A stretch of 64,000 bases of DNA from Dehalococcoidia bacterium (GTDB lineage Bacteria > Chloroflexota > Dehalococcoidia > Plut-88900), in assembly GCA_965249275.1 (NCBI GenBank), contig CBDFLQ010000005.1, positions 288,001-352,000 of the forward strand. Direction: 5' to 3'. How positions within the stretch are numbered: the stretch's first letter is position 1; each line of letters opens with the position of its first letter. The position numbers and the translations under genes were made by a program. The notes under the pieces are model-generated. The model did not search any database and was not told the origin of the DNA. It was given only the letters and a program-made list of their open reading frames with translations. Shown piece by piece: positions 19,262-28,459 of this stretch.

Positions 19262-19492
19262 CACCCTCACTCTCCTCGGCGAGCCTACGGCCCTCCCCGG
19301 CGAGTCTTCGACCCTAGCCCTCTCACGCCTCGGCGCATCTTCAACCCATCAAGAGACTTTTGCGTAACTGATGATCGCATCTGCTGTGCCGTCCAGATCG
19401 CCTAACACCCCCCGCTCATACTTCGAGAGCCTCAGCACGAGCGGCCCCACGCCCCTCCACCACAGGTTATGCAAAGGTCTCATCAAGGGAGA
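19262..19492 (+). repeat. Host repeat D carrying three 21-nt micro-elements (19271-19291, 19292-19312, 19325-19345) and a MITE
   Basis: Removing the inserts and one TSD copy restores CACCCTCACCCTAGCCCTCTCCCATCAAGGGAGA, matching the intact copy at ~63259 except for one base. Confidence 0.85.
19353..19481. mobile_element. 129-bp MITE with 16-bp TIRs and 5-bp TSD ATCAA
   Basis: GAGACTTTTGCGTAAC ... GTTATGCAAAGGTCTC, flanked by ATCAA at 19348-19352 and 19482-19486; contains a host repeat B copy. Confidence 0.8.
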
Positions 19493-19499
19493 TGTGACA

Positions 19500-19883
19500 G
19501 TGAAGATCAAACTTACGAGCGTATTTGTCGAGGATCAGGAGAAGGCACTCAGGTTCTATACGGAAGTCCTGGGCTTTGTTAAGAAAGAGGATTCCCCGAT
19601 TGGGGAATTCAAATGGTTGACGGTTGTCTCCCCCGAAGAGCCGGATGATGTCGAGCTGCTTCTTGAACCTAATGAGAACCCGGCTGCCAAGAGTTACCAA
19701 AAGGCTCTGTTCGAGCAGGGTATTGCCCAGGCAGCATTCGCCGTTGACGATATTCACAAAGAATACGAACGATTGAAGGGGCTGGGCGTGGCGTTCATGA
19801 TGGATCCCACAAGCGCAGGGCCGGCGACGATAGCCGTGTTTAATGATACCTGCGGCAACTGGATACAGATCTATCAGGAGTAA
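19500..19883 (+). CDS. VOC/glyoxalase family protein
   Basis: SVFVEDQEKALRFYTEVLGF, WLTV, DTCGNWIQI. Confidence 0.88.
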   Translation: MKIKLTSVFVEDQEKALRFYTEVLGFVKKEDSPIGEFKWLTVVSPEEPDDVELLLEPNENPAAKSYQKALFEQGIAQAAFAVDDIHKEYERLKGLGVAFMMDPTSAGPATIAVFNDTCGNWIQIYQE

Positions 19884-19885
19884 GC

Positions 19886-21316
19886 TTACTCCTCGATTCG
19901 GGCGAGGCGTCTCACTTTCTCCGCTGCTGCATCGAAGTCGTAGCCGTGGATGGTCATCATCTTCTGGGCCTGGGGGGAGCCCGCGCCGTGGTATTGGCTG
20001 ACGAGGAAGTGGCTGGCGTACTCGTCGGCGGCCAGGTCTCGCACGAAGTTGTAGAGCCTTAATCGCTGGTCGGCGGTGGCCTTGTCGCCGCCCGAGAGGT
20101 ACTTCCTGAAGGTAGCGTGGAGGTCGGGGTGATTGTAGTCGGTCTCCCAAGGCTGGGTCGCGATTATCGCGCCGCCGATATCGATGAGATGCTTGTACAT
20201 GTCGCTGAGCTTGTCGGTGAACATGTACTTCGCGACGTTGGTGATCACGCCGTTTGGTATGGCCATGCCGTCGGAGATTGTGCAGGTCATGGCAGCGGAC
20301 GTTACAAAAGCGTCCATTGAGCTTGCCAGCATGGCGAACTCGAAGAGGTGGTCACGGATGTGGGGCGCCCTTTCGACGCCGTTATACTTGGCCAGGAGAT
20401 AGGCTGTACCCGCCAATACCTCCGCATCGTGTTTCATGGAGCACAGCGCCGAGTAGCGGAGCAGCAGACCCAAGCCTCGGGCTATGGGCTGGGACAGCCA
20501 GTCCTCTCCATTCTGGATGACGCGCTCCCAGGGCACAAACACGTCGTCGAACCAGACGAAGCACTCGGAGCCCGGCTCGTCATGGCTGATCGGGTACTCA
20601 AAGCTCGACCCCACCATCCGACGGGGTCTCATGAGCAGCTTCACACCCTCCGTGCCCGGCGAGACAACGCAGGTCACCGAATATTCCGACTCGTCGGGCT
20701 TCATTCTCTTGGTCGGCATAACCACGAGCTCGTGCATGTAGGCGGCGCCGGAGATGTGGGCTTTCATGCCCCGGATCACGATACCATCGTCCCGCTCCGC
20801 AACCTTGTGCACGTACATGTCGGGGTCTGCCTGCTGGCTGGGATGGAGGGACCGGTCGCCCTTGGTGTCGGACATGGCGACGGCCATGATCAGGTCTTCC
20901 TCCCGGAAACGGCGGTAGAGTGAGTCTACGTTGGTCTTGTACATGGGGTTGGCCTCGGCCAGCTCCCCGGACACCATGTAGAGCGAAAGCATGGCATCGC
21001 TCAAAGCTACCGCTGCCCCGTAGCCCAGTTGGCCACCCGTTTCCAGCGCTTTGGCCCGCTTGAGCAGGTCATCGGAAGTCCTGGGTGGGATCAGGAAGAG
21101 GTCCGCCGGGTTTCCAGTCTCGGGGTCGGGGGCGGTGAAGATGTCCTTCAGTGCCGGGTCGTGGAACCGCTGATACTCCCGGGAGAAGAAGAGGGCACCC
21201 TGCCGGGTGATGGGGTGTTCGGTGACGTCGGTGATCTTTTCGCCGTCGGCGTAGATTACCCTGCCGTCTCGGATGCTCTCAAGGTAGTCTTCGGGTGTTT
21301 TGAAGGTCTTGGTCAT
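19886..21316 (-). CDS. 4-hydroxybutyryl-CoA dehydratase (AbfD)-like / HpaB-family flavoprotein
   Basis: YLESIRDGR, D.KGDRS..P..Q.DPD, G.KAH, HGAGSPQAQ motifs. Confidence 0.8.
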   Translation of the reverse strand: MTKTFKTPEDYLESIRDGRVIYADGEKITDVTEHPITRQGALFFSREYQRFHDPALKDIFTAPDPETGNPADLFLIPPRTSDDLLKRAKALETGGQLGYGAAVALSDAMLSLYMVSGELAEANPMYKTNVDSLYRRFREEDLIMAVAMSDTKGDRSLHPSQQADPDMYVHKVAERDDGIVIRGMKAHISGAAYMHELVVMPTKRMKPDESEYSVTCVVSPGTEGVKLLMRPRRMVGSSFEYPISHDEPGSECFVWFDDVFVPWERVIQNGEDWLSQPIARGLGLLLRYSALCSMKHDAEVLAGTAYLLAKYNGVERAPHIRDHLFEFAMLASSMDAFVTSAAMTCTISDGMAIPNGVITNVAKYMFTDKLSDMYKHLIDIGGAIIATQPWETDYNHPDLHATFRKYLSGGDKATADQRLRLYNFVRDLAADEYASHFLVSQYHGAGSPQAQKMMTIHGYDFDAAAEKVRRLARIEE

Positions 21317-21359
21317 GGCGTTGTCTCCCCTGTTTGGTCTCGGGCTGGGTTTCTGAACC

Positions 21360-22142
21360 TTGACCCGCGCCCCTTACGATTCCTATACTCGCCCCGTGCG
21401 CCCCCTCAGCTATTCCCAGATATCAGCTTATCAGACCTGTCCCCTATTCTACAGGTTCCAATACATCGATAAGCTGCCGACCAAGCCGAGGTTCTACTTC
21501 AGCTTCGGTAACACGCTGCACCGTTGCGCGCAGTTTTTCTTCAAGAAGAAGGGGCAAGGCCCCCCGTCCCTTGAGGACTTTCTGGAATTTTATAATCAGG
21601 CATGGAGCTCGGCGGGGTATTTCAGCAGGAGGCAGGAGGCAGCGGACAAACAAACGGGCAGGGAGATACTCACGCAGTTCTGGGAACTCAACTCAAGGGA
21701 CTATCATCTCCCCCTCGCAACCGAAAAGTGGTTCACGGTCAACGTAGGGGGTGTTCCATTCCGGGGCTACATAGACCGGGTGGACATATCACCAACCGGG
21801 GGACTCAACATCCTGGACTACAAGAGCGGGAAGAGGGACATATCCAAAGACGAGGTGGAGGAGAGCCTTCAGCTGAGCATGTACCAGATCGGGGCGCAGG
21901 GGACTTGGCTTCTACCAGTCGAGAAGTTGTCCCTGTACCACCTGCGCTCCAATACCAACGTGGAGGTCGAGGCCCGTGACGATAACACCATCAAACGGGC
22001 CGAGGACACGGTCACCACGGTTTCACAGTCAATAGAAAACAAAGAGTTCGAGCCCCGACTCAACCCCTCGTGCCCGTGCGAATTCTCCGAACTATGCCCG
22101 CTGTTTAATCCCGACGCGGACCCTGAGGCTCCCGGGTCCTGA
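21360..22142 (+). CDS. PD-(D/E)XK RecB/AddB/Cas4-like nuclease
   Basis: LSYSQI..Y..CP, FG..LH, GYIDRVD, ILDYKSG, QL.MY, C-terminal CPC..LCP. Confidence 0.87.
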   Translation: MTRAPYDSYTRPVRPLSYSQISAYQTCPLFYRFQYIDKLPTKPRFYFSFGNTLHRCAQFFFKKKGQGPPSLEDFLEFYNQAWSSAGYFSRRQEAADKQTGREILTQFWELNSRDYHLPLATEKWFTVNVGGVPFRGYIDRVDISPTGGLNILDYKSGKRDISKDEVEESLQLSMYQIGAQGTWLLPVEKLSLYHLRSNTNVEVEARDDNTIKRAEDTVTTVSQSIENKEFEPRLNPSCPCEFSELCPLFNPDADPEAPGS

Positions 22143-22695
22143 CCTTTTCTCCCTTGAGCAAGGCCTCGGCGGCCAGGACTATTGCGCCCAGTTCCACGGG
22201 CAGCGCAGTCAGCGCCTCATCCAGCACTTTTCTGGACTGTCTGGCATACCGCATGGGTTCGTGGAACAAGAGGTTCCCGTCCAGCATAGCCACCTCCTTC
22301 GCCACCCCGACGCCCGGGACGGAATTCCAGAGTCCGGAGAGGGCCTTTTCTCGAAGCGCTTCAGGACTCGCCTTTTGACCATTGCCAAGAACTGCCGAAA
22401 GCATCTCCGCGATGGACGTGTGCGTCACACCCGAATCGGCGAGGCGAAAGGCTTCCCTCAGCGGGCCTGGAGGAATGAACCGTGCCGCAATCCGGGAGCC
22501 GACCAGCCACGCCACTCCTTTACCCAACCCCGAGGCACTGGCGGTCTTGGCAAGGGAGTCGGCCCAGCGTTTGGCCGAGGGGCCTGACAGCACGCCGGCA
22601 TTTTCCGATAGTGCCATCTCGGCCGCCTGACCTATGGCCGCAGCGAGAATACGCATTTCCATGCGTTTGCTTATGAGAACTCGGCGAAGGAGCAT
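22105..22695 (-). CDS. Hypothetical protein
   Basis: 196-aa ORF directly downstream of the GNAT gene. Confidence 0.5.
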   Translation of the reverse strand: MLLRRVLISKRMEMRILAAAIGQAAEMALSENAGVLSGPSAKRWADSLAKTASASGLGKGVAWLVGSRIAARFIPPGPLREAFRLADSGVTHTSIAEMLSAVLGNGQKASPEALREKALSGLWNSVPGVGVAKEVAMLDGNLLFHEPMRYARQSRKVLDEALTALPVELGAIVLAAEALLKGEKVRTREPQGPRRD

Positions 22696-22696
22696 A

Positions 22697-23326
22697 TCAA
22701 GCGCCTTCCAAGGGTTTTTCCATCCGGTGCATCTCTTCCGCGGTGGTGGCCAACCTTACGAGGAAGCCCCGTTCCGTATGCGTAATCCTGTAACCCAGTC
22801 GCTGGTACAGGTGTATCGCGCCCATGTTTTCGCCTAACACGTCCAGGCACATCTTCAGCTTTCCCCGGGACTTAGCTTTTTCCTCCGCTTTCAGCATCAA
22901 GGCGCTACCGATGCCGAGGTTCCGGAACGTCGGGTCTACCGCTATCGTGTCCACCTTGAATTCGTCGGGGGTTATGGAGTCTCCCCACGCCAGCAGGGTC
23001 AGGTTAAATAGCACACGGACCGTCTTTGGGGGCCAGAACGTAGTAAAGAGTGTCGAAGTCTTGAGCTCATAGAATTTACGTTCCTTTGTCTTAACGGCGA
23101 GAATCCCTGAAAGCCGACCATCCACTATCGCCGTCAGGCAACTGTCCCTGTCAACCGAGTCTCTAAAGAGGCGAACGAAGTCCTCAGCATTTCTGAAACC
23201 GATACGGAACTTCTTGGCGAAGGCTTCGTAAGTGACTCTAAGCGCATCGTCAACGTGTTCCTCCGCGAGCCCGTCTACGATTTCAACTGCCGGGGTCGTC
23301 ATCAGTGCCTGAGTCCCGGCCGACAT
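22697..23326 (-). CDS. GNAT family N-acetyltransferase
   Basis: IAVDPTFRNLGIGSALM motif A; N.GA..LY.RLGY. Confidence 0.85.
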   Translation of the reverse strand: MSAGTQALMTTPAVEIVDGLAEEHVDDALRVTYEAFAKKFRIGFRNAEDFVRLFRDSVDRDSCLTAIVDGRLSGILAVKTKERKFYELKTSTLFTTFWPPKTVRVLFNLTLLAWGDSITPDEFKVDTIAVDPTFRNLGIGSALMLKAEEKAKSRGKLKMCLDVLGENMGAIHLYQRLGYRITHTERGFLVRLATTAEEMHRMEKPLEGA

Positions 23327-23333
23327 ACACAGC

Positions 23334-24560
23334 CTATGAGCAAATTGTCTCCGCGGTCAGGGCCAGGACCCGGCTGCAGAGTTCCATCTCGTCGATGTCC
23401 GAGTAGTCGTTGCCGTAGGAGCCGCCTGCGGGCCCGTAAATCGGCGCGGGTATGCCTGCAAGCCACAGGTGGGCGTCGTCGTCGCCGTACCTGGCTGAAA
23501 GGGCCGAGGCTGGGAGTCCGACGCCTTTGGGATCGTTACCGGTCACTTTCCGGTAACTGTCGGACACCGCTCGTACAATCTCCTCATCCTCGGACATGTC
23601 CATGGGCGGGTGGTCCAGAATCCAGGTCTTGAACTTCCGCTCGATGGGGTTCACCAACTCGTATTCGAAGTCGGGATCTTCTTCGCGAAGCGCGCTGAGA
23701 GTAGCTTCCAGGTCGGCACGTATGGTGTCCGCGGTCATGCCAGGCACCGTGCTTATGGCGATGAACGCCGTGCACAGGTCACAATTCCGGCTGACGGAAC
23801 GCATGTCGTAGCTTTCGCCCCTCCCACCGATAATCGAGCCGATTTTCAGCCACGGCAGCCCTTCGACAATCCAGGGGGCGTGGTTCAATTTCGTGGCGTA
23901 TATGGCCTCAATGGCCTTCATCATCTTGGGGATTGCGTCCACGCCGGTAACGTCGGCGCCATGGGGGTGTCGGCCCTTCACGTGTAGGGAGAACTTGCTC
24001 ATGCCACCGTGTTTGGTGACCACGTAATGTGCGCTGTATGGTTCCGTGACCACGGCCACGTCGGTCCGATAGCCGTTCTCTATCAGGTACTTGGTACCAA
24101 GGCCACCCTGGAGTTCTGCGAGGACGCAGGCCACCACGACGTCTCCCCGCAGCTTTACGCCTGATTTTATGATGGCGTCGGCGGCGTGGACCATTGAGGC
24201 CACACCGCTCTTCATGTTCCTTATGCCCGCGCCGTAAAGCCTGTTACCTTCGACCCACGGTTCGTACGGGTTCCGGGTCCAGCCTGCGGCAATAGGGTTG
24301 CTGTCCAGGTGGCCGTTGAACATGATGCTGCGTCCCCCACCCGACCCCCGAATTACGCCGACCGTCTGGAACCAGCCGGGCTCCACTTCTTGCAGCTCCA
24401 CCTCGAAGCCTCGGGCCTTCATGTACTCGGCGACCCAGCGGGCTGCTGCGGTCTCTTCCCCAATGGGGCTCGGTATCTTGATCAGGGACTTACCGAGCTC
24501 CACAAGCTCGTTACGGTCGATCTTGCTCAATATGGGGTGGTTCGACGTGTCTTCCGGCAT
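23334..24560 (-). CDS. M20 family (ArgE/DapE-like) amidohydrolase with atypical metal ligands
   Basis: FNGHLD, LYGAG.RNMK, TEP motifs. Confidence 0.82.
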   Translation of the reverse strand: MPEDTSNHPILSKIDRNELVELGKSLIKIPSPIGEETAAARWVAEYMKARGFEVELQEVEPGWFQTVGVIRGSGGGRSIMFNGHLDSNPIAAGWTRNPYEPWVEGNRLYGAGIRNMKSGVASMVHAADAIIKSGVKLRGDVVVACVLAELQGGLGTKYLIENGYRTDVAVVTEPYSAHYVVTKHGGMSKFSLHVKGRHPHGADVTGVDAIPKMMKAIEAIYATKLNHAPWIVEGLPWLKIGSIIGGRGESYDMRSVSRNCDLCTAFIAISTVPGMTADTIRADLEATLSALREEDPDFEYELVNPIERKFKTWILDHPPMDMSEDEEIVRAVSDSYRKVTGNDPKGVGLPASALSARYGDDDAHLWLAGIPAPIYGPAGGSYGNDYSDIDEMELCSRVLALTAETICS

Positions 24561-24562
24561 AG

Positions 24563-25786
24563 CTAGATAGCTCCCTCTTTCTCCAGAGCGGCAACTTCAT
24601 TTTCCGAATAGTCCAGGAGGCCCATGAGCACCTCTCGGTTATGTTGACCGAGGGTCGGGGCGGGGGCGAAGGTCTCGTCCTCGGTGTCCGACATCTTGAT
24701 CGGGTTCCCGGCGGCCTTGTATTTGCCGCTCACGGGATGCTCCTGCTCGACGACCATCTCGCGGTGCAGTATCTGCGGGTTGGACAGGGCCTCGGCGAAG
24801 TTGTTGACCTTGGCTGCGGGCACCTGTCCGTCGGCGAGCTCTTGCAGCCATTGCTCCACAGTCTTGGCAGAGAACGCTCTCTGGATGATCTCCTCCAGAG
24901 CCGCTTTGTTCTCATGCCTAAGGTTGGGCGAGGCGAAGCGAGGGTCTTCAGGAAGATCGGAGAATCCGTCCATACGGGAGATGATAACGGCCAGGTTTTC
25001 GTAGAATTTCTGGGTCGGGCAGCTTATTTGGACGTAAGCGCCATCGCTGGTCTGGAAGGCACCGATGGGGACGTTGGTCTCGTGGCTGTTGCCTACGGGA
25101 TTCGGGAGGTTGCCGGAAACCAGGAACAGCTGCCCTACGTGGGCCTGGAGGGCGATCTGGACGTCAAGGAGGCTGATGCTTACCTCCTGTCCTACCCCCT
25201 TCTGCTCCCGGGAGTAGAGGGCAGCGAGAATCCCCTGCACCGCGTATAGGCCGCCGCCCAAATCGCCCATCGGGTATCCCATCAGGGCCGGGGGGCCTCC
25301 CTTGAAGCCCGTGACGCTCATTGCGCCGCCCATGGCCTGGATCATCCCGTCAAAAGCGGGATTATTCTTCAGCGGGCCCGATGTCCCGAAGCCCGATATG
25401 GAACAGTAGATTATCCTCGGGTTTATCTGTTTCAGGGCCTGGTAACCAAAGCCCAGCCTGTCCAGCACCCCGGGCCTGAAGTTTTCGAAGACCACGTCCG
25501 AAACCTTCACTAGGCCGCGGAATACCTCCTGGCCTTTTTCGCTTTTCAGGTTGAGCGTTAGACCCTTCTTGTTGCGGTTCATGCCTAAGAAATAGGCACT
25601 CTCTCCCTCCAGATAGTATGGCGGGAAGCGCCGGCTGGAGTCGCCGACCCCCGGCTGCTCGATCTTCAGGACCTCGGCGCCGAGGTCTCCCAAGATTCGG
25701 GAGCCGAAGGGCCCCGCCAATGCCTGACTCATGTCCAGCACCCTCACTCCGGCGAGGGGCAGGCTGCTACTGCCGTTACTACCCAT
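24563..25786 (-). CDS. Family III CoA transferase (CaiB/BaiF)
   Basis: LAGPF, LGAEVLKIE, NRNKK, ENFRPG, GD..GG. Confidence 0.93.
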   Translation of the reverse strand: MGSNGSSSLPLAGVRVLDMSQALAGPFGSRILGDLGAEVLKIEQPGVGDSSRRFPPYYLEGESAYFLGMNRNKKGLTLNLKSEKGQEVFRGLVKVSDVVFENFRPGVLDRLGFGYQALKQINPRIIYCSISGFGTSGPLKNNPAFDGMIQAMGGAMSVTGFKGGPPALMGYPMGDLGGGLYAVQGILAALYSREQKGVGQEVSISLLDVQIALQAHVGQLFLVSGNLPNPVGNSHETNVPIGAFQTSDGAYVQISCPTQKFYENLAVIISRMDGFSDLPEDPRFASPNLRHENKAALEEIIQRAFSAKTVEQWLQELADGQVPAAKVNNFAEALSNPQILHREMVVEQEHPVSGKYKAAGNPIKMSDTEDETFAPAPTLGQHNREVLMGLLDYSENEVAALEKEGAI

Positions 25787-26573
25787 AGGCTTTTCCTTCC
25801 AGGGCCAGTATGCCCTTGGTCTCTTGCCAAAGCTCTTCCAGCTCTGCGAAACCCATCTTCATGAGGTTGAGCCGACGTTCCCGGCAGAGCTCTTCCATCC
25901 GGGAGAAGCGCCGGATGAACTTCCTGTTTGACTTGCGCAGGGCCGCTTCCATGTCGAGGTCCAGCTTACGGCCCACGTTAACGAGGGTCGAGAGGACGTC
26001 CCCGAACTCCTCTTCTCTGTGCTCGGCCGTCGACGCCTCTTTAAGCTCCGCGATCTCTTCGTCGAGCTTGTCCATTGCGCCGTCCAAGTCGTCCCAGTCG
26101 AAGCCTGCGTTCGCAGCCCTCCGGTGGATCGATTGGCTGTGGGCGAGTGCGGGCATCGCCGATGGAACACCGTCGAGCACCGACTTCCGACCCTTTTCTT
26201 TCAGCTTGTTCGTCTCCCAATTGCTCTCTACCTCCTCGGCGGTAGCAGCTTTGTCATCGCCGAAGACGTGGGGATGCCGACGCACGAGCTTGGCAGTCAG
26301 ACTGGACACTACATCTTCCACGCTGAACAGACCTTTATCCTCGGCAATCCGGGAGTGGAGCATCACCTGGAGCAGGATATCACCAAGCTCTTCCTTGATC
26401 TTGGCCGGATCGTCCTCGTCGAAGGCTTCAAGGGCCTCGTAGCACTCTTCGACGAGGTGTTTGCCAAGAGACTGGTGGGTCTGCTTCCGGTCCCACGGAC
26501 ATCCTCCGGGGGCGCGAAGCTTTGCCACTATCTCAGTCAGGGTATCGAAATTGGACTGGTCTTCGTCGTTCAA
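25779..26573 (-). CDS. mazG: Nucleoside triphosphate pyrophosphohydrolase MazG
   Basis: LRAPGGCPWD..QT, EECYE, ELGD, RRHPHVF; TTG start after GAGAGGAG. Confidence 0.92.
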   Translation of the reverse strand: MNDEDQSNFDTLTEIVAKLRAPGGCPWDRKQTHQSLGKHLVEECYEALEAFDEDDPAKIKEELGDILLQVMLHSRIAEDKGLFSVEDVVSSLTAKLVRRHPHVFGDDKAATAEEVESNWETNKLKEKGRKSVLDGVPSAMPALAHSQSIHRRAANAGFDWDDLDGAMDKLDEEIAELKEASTAEHREEEFGDVLSTLVNVGRKLDLDMEAALRKSNRKFIRRFSRMEELCRERRLNLMKMGFAELEELWQETKGILALEGKAYG

Positions 26574-26753
26574 GGGCGTCCGGCTCCTCTCCCGCCCCGT
26601 AGAGGCGCCGAGGGCGATTATAACGGCCCGCCCCTTTCCTTGACAACAAATTGACCATCTCCCTACCATCCCTTAGATGACCCTACAGGCTCGGCATCTT
26701 GGCCTCGTTGCCCAGGCCTGCAATCGCCACCAGTCCCAAGCAGGAACTTTGTT

Positions 26754-27299
26754 ATGGGCCTACGCCTCAATCGGGAGATTAAAGCATACTGCCCCGACTT
26801 CGTACCGGCCCGGCGAGTTCTCCGGGATTTGGGCGCGGTCTTCATTGAGGCTAAAGACCAGGTGGATTACTTCTACAATCTGCCGGTTAGCAGAAACGCC
26901 GAGGGAAAGCGTCGGCTGAAACTCCGTGTCGAAAACGGAAAGAGACAGCTAATCTATTACTGCGACCGCCAAGAAGGAGGCGCCCGGACCAGCATGTTTC
27001 AGCTGTGGGATATAGATGCCCCCAAAGTAGAGGAAGCATTGGATGCCGTCCTGGGCACCCGTGCTATAGTCCGAAAGCATAGAGAACTATGGCATAAAGA
27101 AAATGTCATCTTCAACTTGGATACGGTGGAGGGGGTGGGGCAAATTCTCGAGGTGGAGGTACAGGACAAGGATGGACACGACATCAACTGCCAAATTGAG
27201 GAGTACGGTCGTCTATTGGGACCTTTCCTAGGTCGCTACATCAACGGATCCAACGAGGACCTCGTAGCTGCGGCGGTACGCTGCCGCACATCTATCTAA
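26754..27299 (+). CDS. CYTH-domain protein (class IV adenylate cyclase-like)
   Basis: EIKA, Q.D.FY, RLKLR, VRKHRELW, LD.VEG.G..LEVE. Confidence 0.82.
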   Translation: MGLRLNREIKAYCPDFVPARRVLRDLGAVFIEAKDQVDYFYNLPVSRNAEGKRRLKLRVENGKRQLIYYCDRQEGGARTSMFQLWDIDAPKVEEALDAVLGTRAIVRKHRELWHKENVIFNLDTVEGVGQILEVEVQDKDGHDINCQIEEYGRLLGPFLGRYINGSNEDLVAAAVRCRTSI

Positions 27300-27338
27300 A
27301 CAAATACACAAATTCCTCGTCTCCTCCCGATACCACCA

Positions 27339-28082
27339 ATGACACCCAACACTCGCGCCATCCATCTTTCCTTCCGATTTGCTGTGGCCCTCGCGGTCGT
27401 AGCCATCCCCGTGCTCCTGGTGACGAGCAGCCTGCGCTTTGCCATCAATGCCGGGGGCCTCTACGAGTACGGTTTCGACCGGTACAACATAAGCCTCCGC
27501 ACTGGAATATCCAATGCCGAACTGTCGCGCATCGGTGAAGAGATTCGAGACTATTTCAACGACGATACCGAGCTAATCGATATCGATGCCATCATCTACG
27601 GAGATGTTCAGCCTCTGTTCACCGAGCGGGAAATCATCCACATGCAGGACGTCAAGGGTTTAATTCACGCCGTATATATGTGGCAGTGGATATCGCTGGG
27701 ATACCTGGCCGCGTGCATGGCCGGTTACGCCTGGTTGAGGCGGAGGGAGGCGATTCCGGGAGCCGTGCGGGTGGGGTTCTGGGGAGGGGTGGTCACGCTG
27801 CTGATTATCGGGGCGTTGGGACTGGGGTCCCTGGTTGGATTTGAGGCCCTCTTCCTCAAGTTCCACCAGCTGAGCTTTGCCAACGACCTGTGGAGGCTGA
27901 ATCCAAGAATCCACAACCTCATCGCCATGTTCCCGGAGCCCTTCTTCCGGGACGCCACTCTTTTCGTCGCGTTGATGGCTATCGGGCAGGCGTTGCTCCT
28001 GGTCTGCGTAGGTATCGGGGACAGGCTCAGCCGTCGATTCTCGATGCAAAGAGAAAGGGCCGCTGGCAGCGGCCCTCAATAA
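27339..28082 (+). CDS. TIGR01906/DUF1461 integral membrane protein
   Basis: EIIHMQDVK, F..FHQL.F.NDLW, LIAMFPE.FF. Confidence 0.88.
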   Translation: MTPNTRAIHLSFRFAVALAVVAIPVLLVTSSLRFAINAGGLYEYGFDRYNISLRTGISNAELSRIGEEIRDYFNDDTELIDIDAIIYGDVQPLFTEREIIHMQDVKGLIHAVYMWQWISLGYLAACMAGYAWLRRREAIPGAVRVGFWGGVVTLLIIGALGLGSLVGFEALFLKFHQLSFANDLWRLNPRIHNLIAMFPEPFFRDATLFVALMAIGQALLLVCVGIGDRLSRRFSMQRERAAGSGPQ

Positions 28083-28136
28083 TGCGTTTCCGGTTATTTA
28101 GCTTGCGCAACCACATCCAGTGGTAGAGCAGGGGCC

Positions 28137-28331
28137 TCAGCCCACGCCTGCGCCAGCAAGGGGAGTGACCGAGCCGTCGTTGCTCATCGAGAAGGAAGCG
28201 AACACCGAGAGTACCCTCTGAGCGCCGTTGTTACACGATCGACAGACGGCGGGCTCGTTGGCTTCCCGCATGGGTCTCAGCATCTCGAACTGATGGCCGC
28301 AGTCGGAGCATCGGTATTCGTAGAGGGGCAT
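28137..28331 (-). CDS. FmdB family zinc-ribbon protein
   Basis: MPLYEYRCSDCGHQFE..C..C. Confidence 0.88.
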   Translation of the reverse strand: MPLYEYRCSDCGHQFEMLRPMREANEPAVCRSCNNGAQRVLSVFASFSMSNDGSVTPLAGAGVG

Positions 28332-28357
28332 GGTGTTCCTCCGGGATATCTAAGGCC

Positions 28358-28387
28358 ATACTAGTCAGCCGTTTAAGATTCTGTCAA
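28358..28387 (-). promoter_or_regulatory. Sigma70-type promoter for the FmdB gene
   Basis: TTGACA-N18-TAGTAT on the minus strand. Confidence 0.5.
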
Positions 28388-28459
28388 GATTATGGCTCCG
28401 TATCAGCTGCTGGGACGCCTCGAGAATACTTCCCAACCAACGCAAACAACAAGCCAAAA

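Noticed and set aside
21360-22142. Cas4 of a CRISPR system, or the mobiliser of the micro-elements
   Set aside because: No array or other cas genes, and the gene is not flanked by the repeats; there is no evidence of a link.
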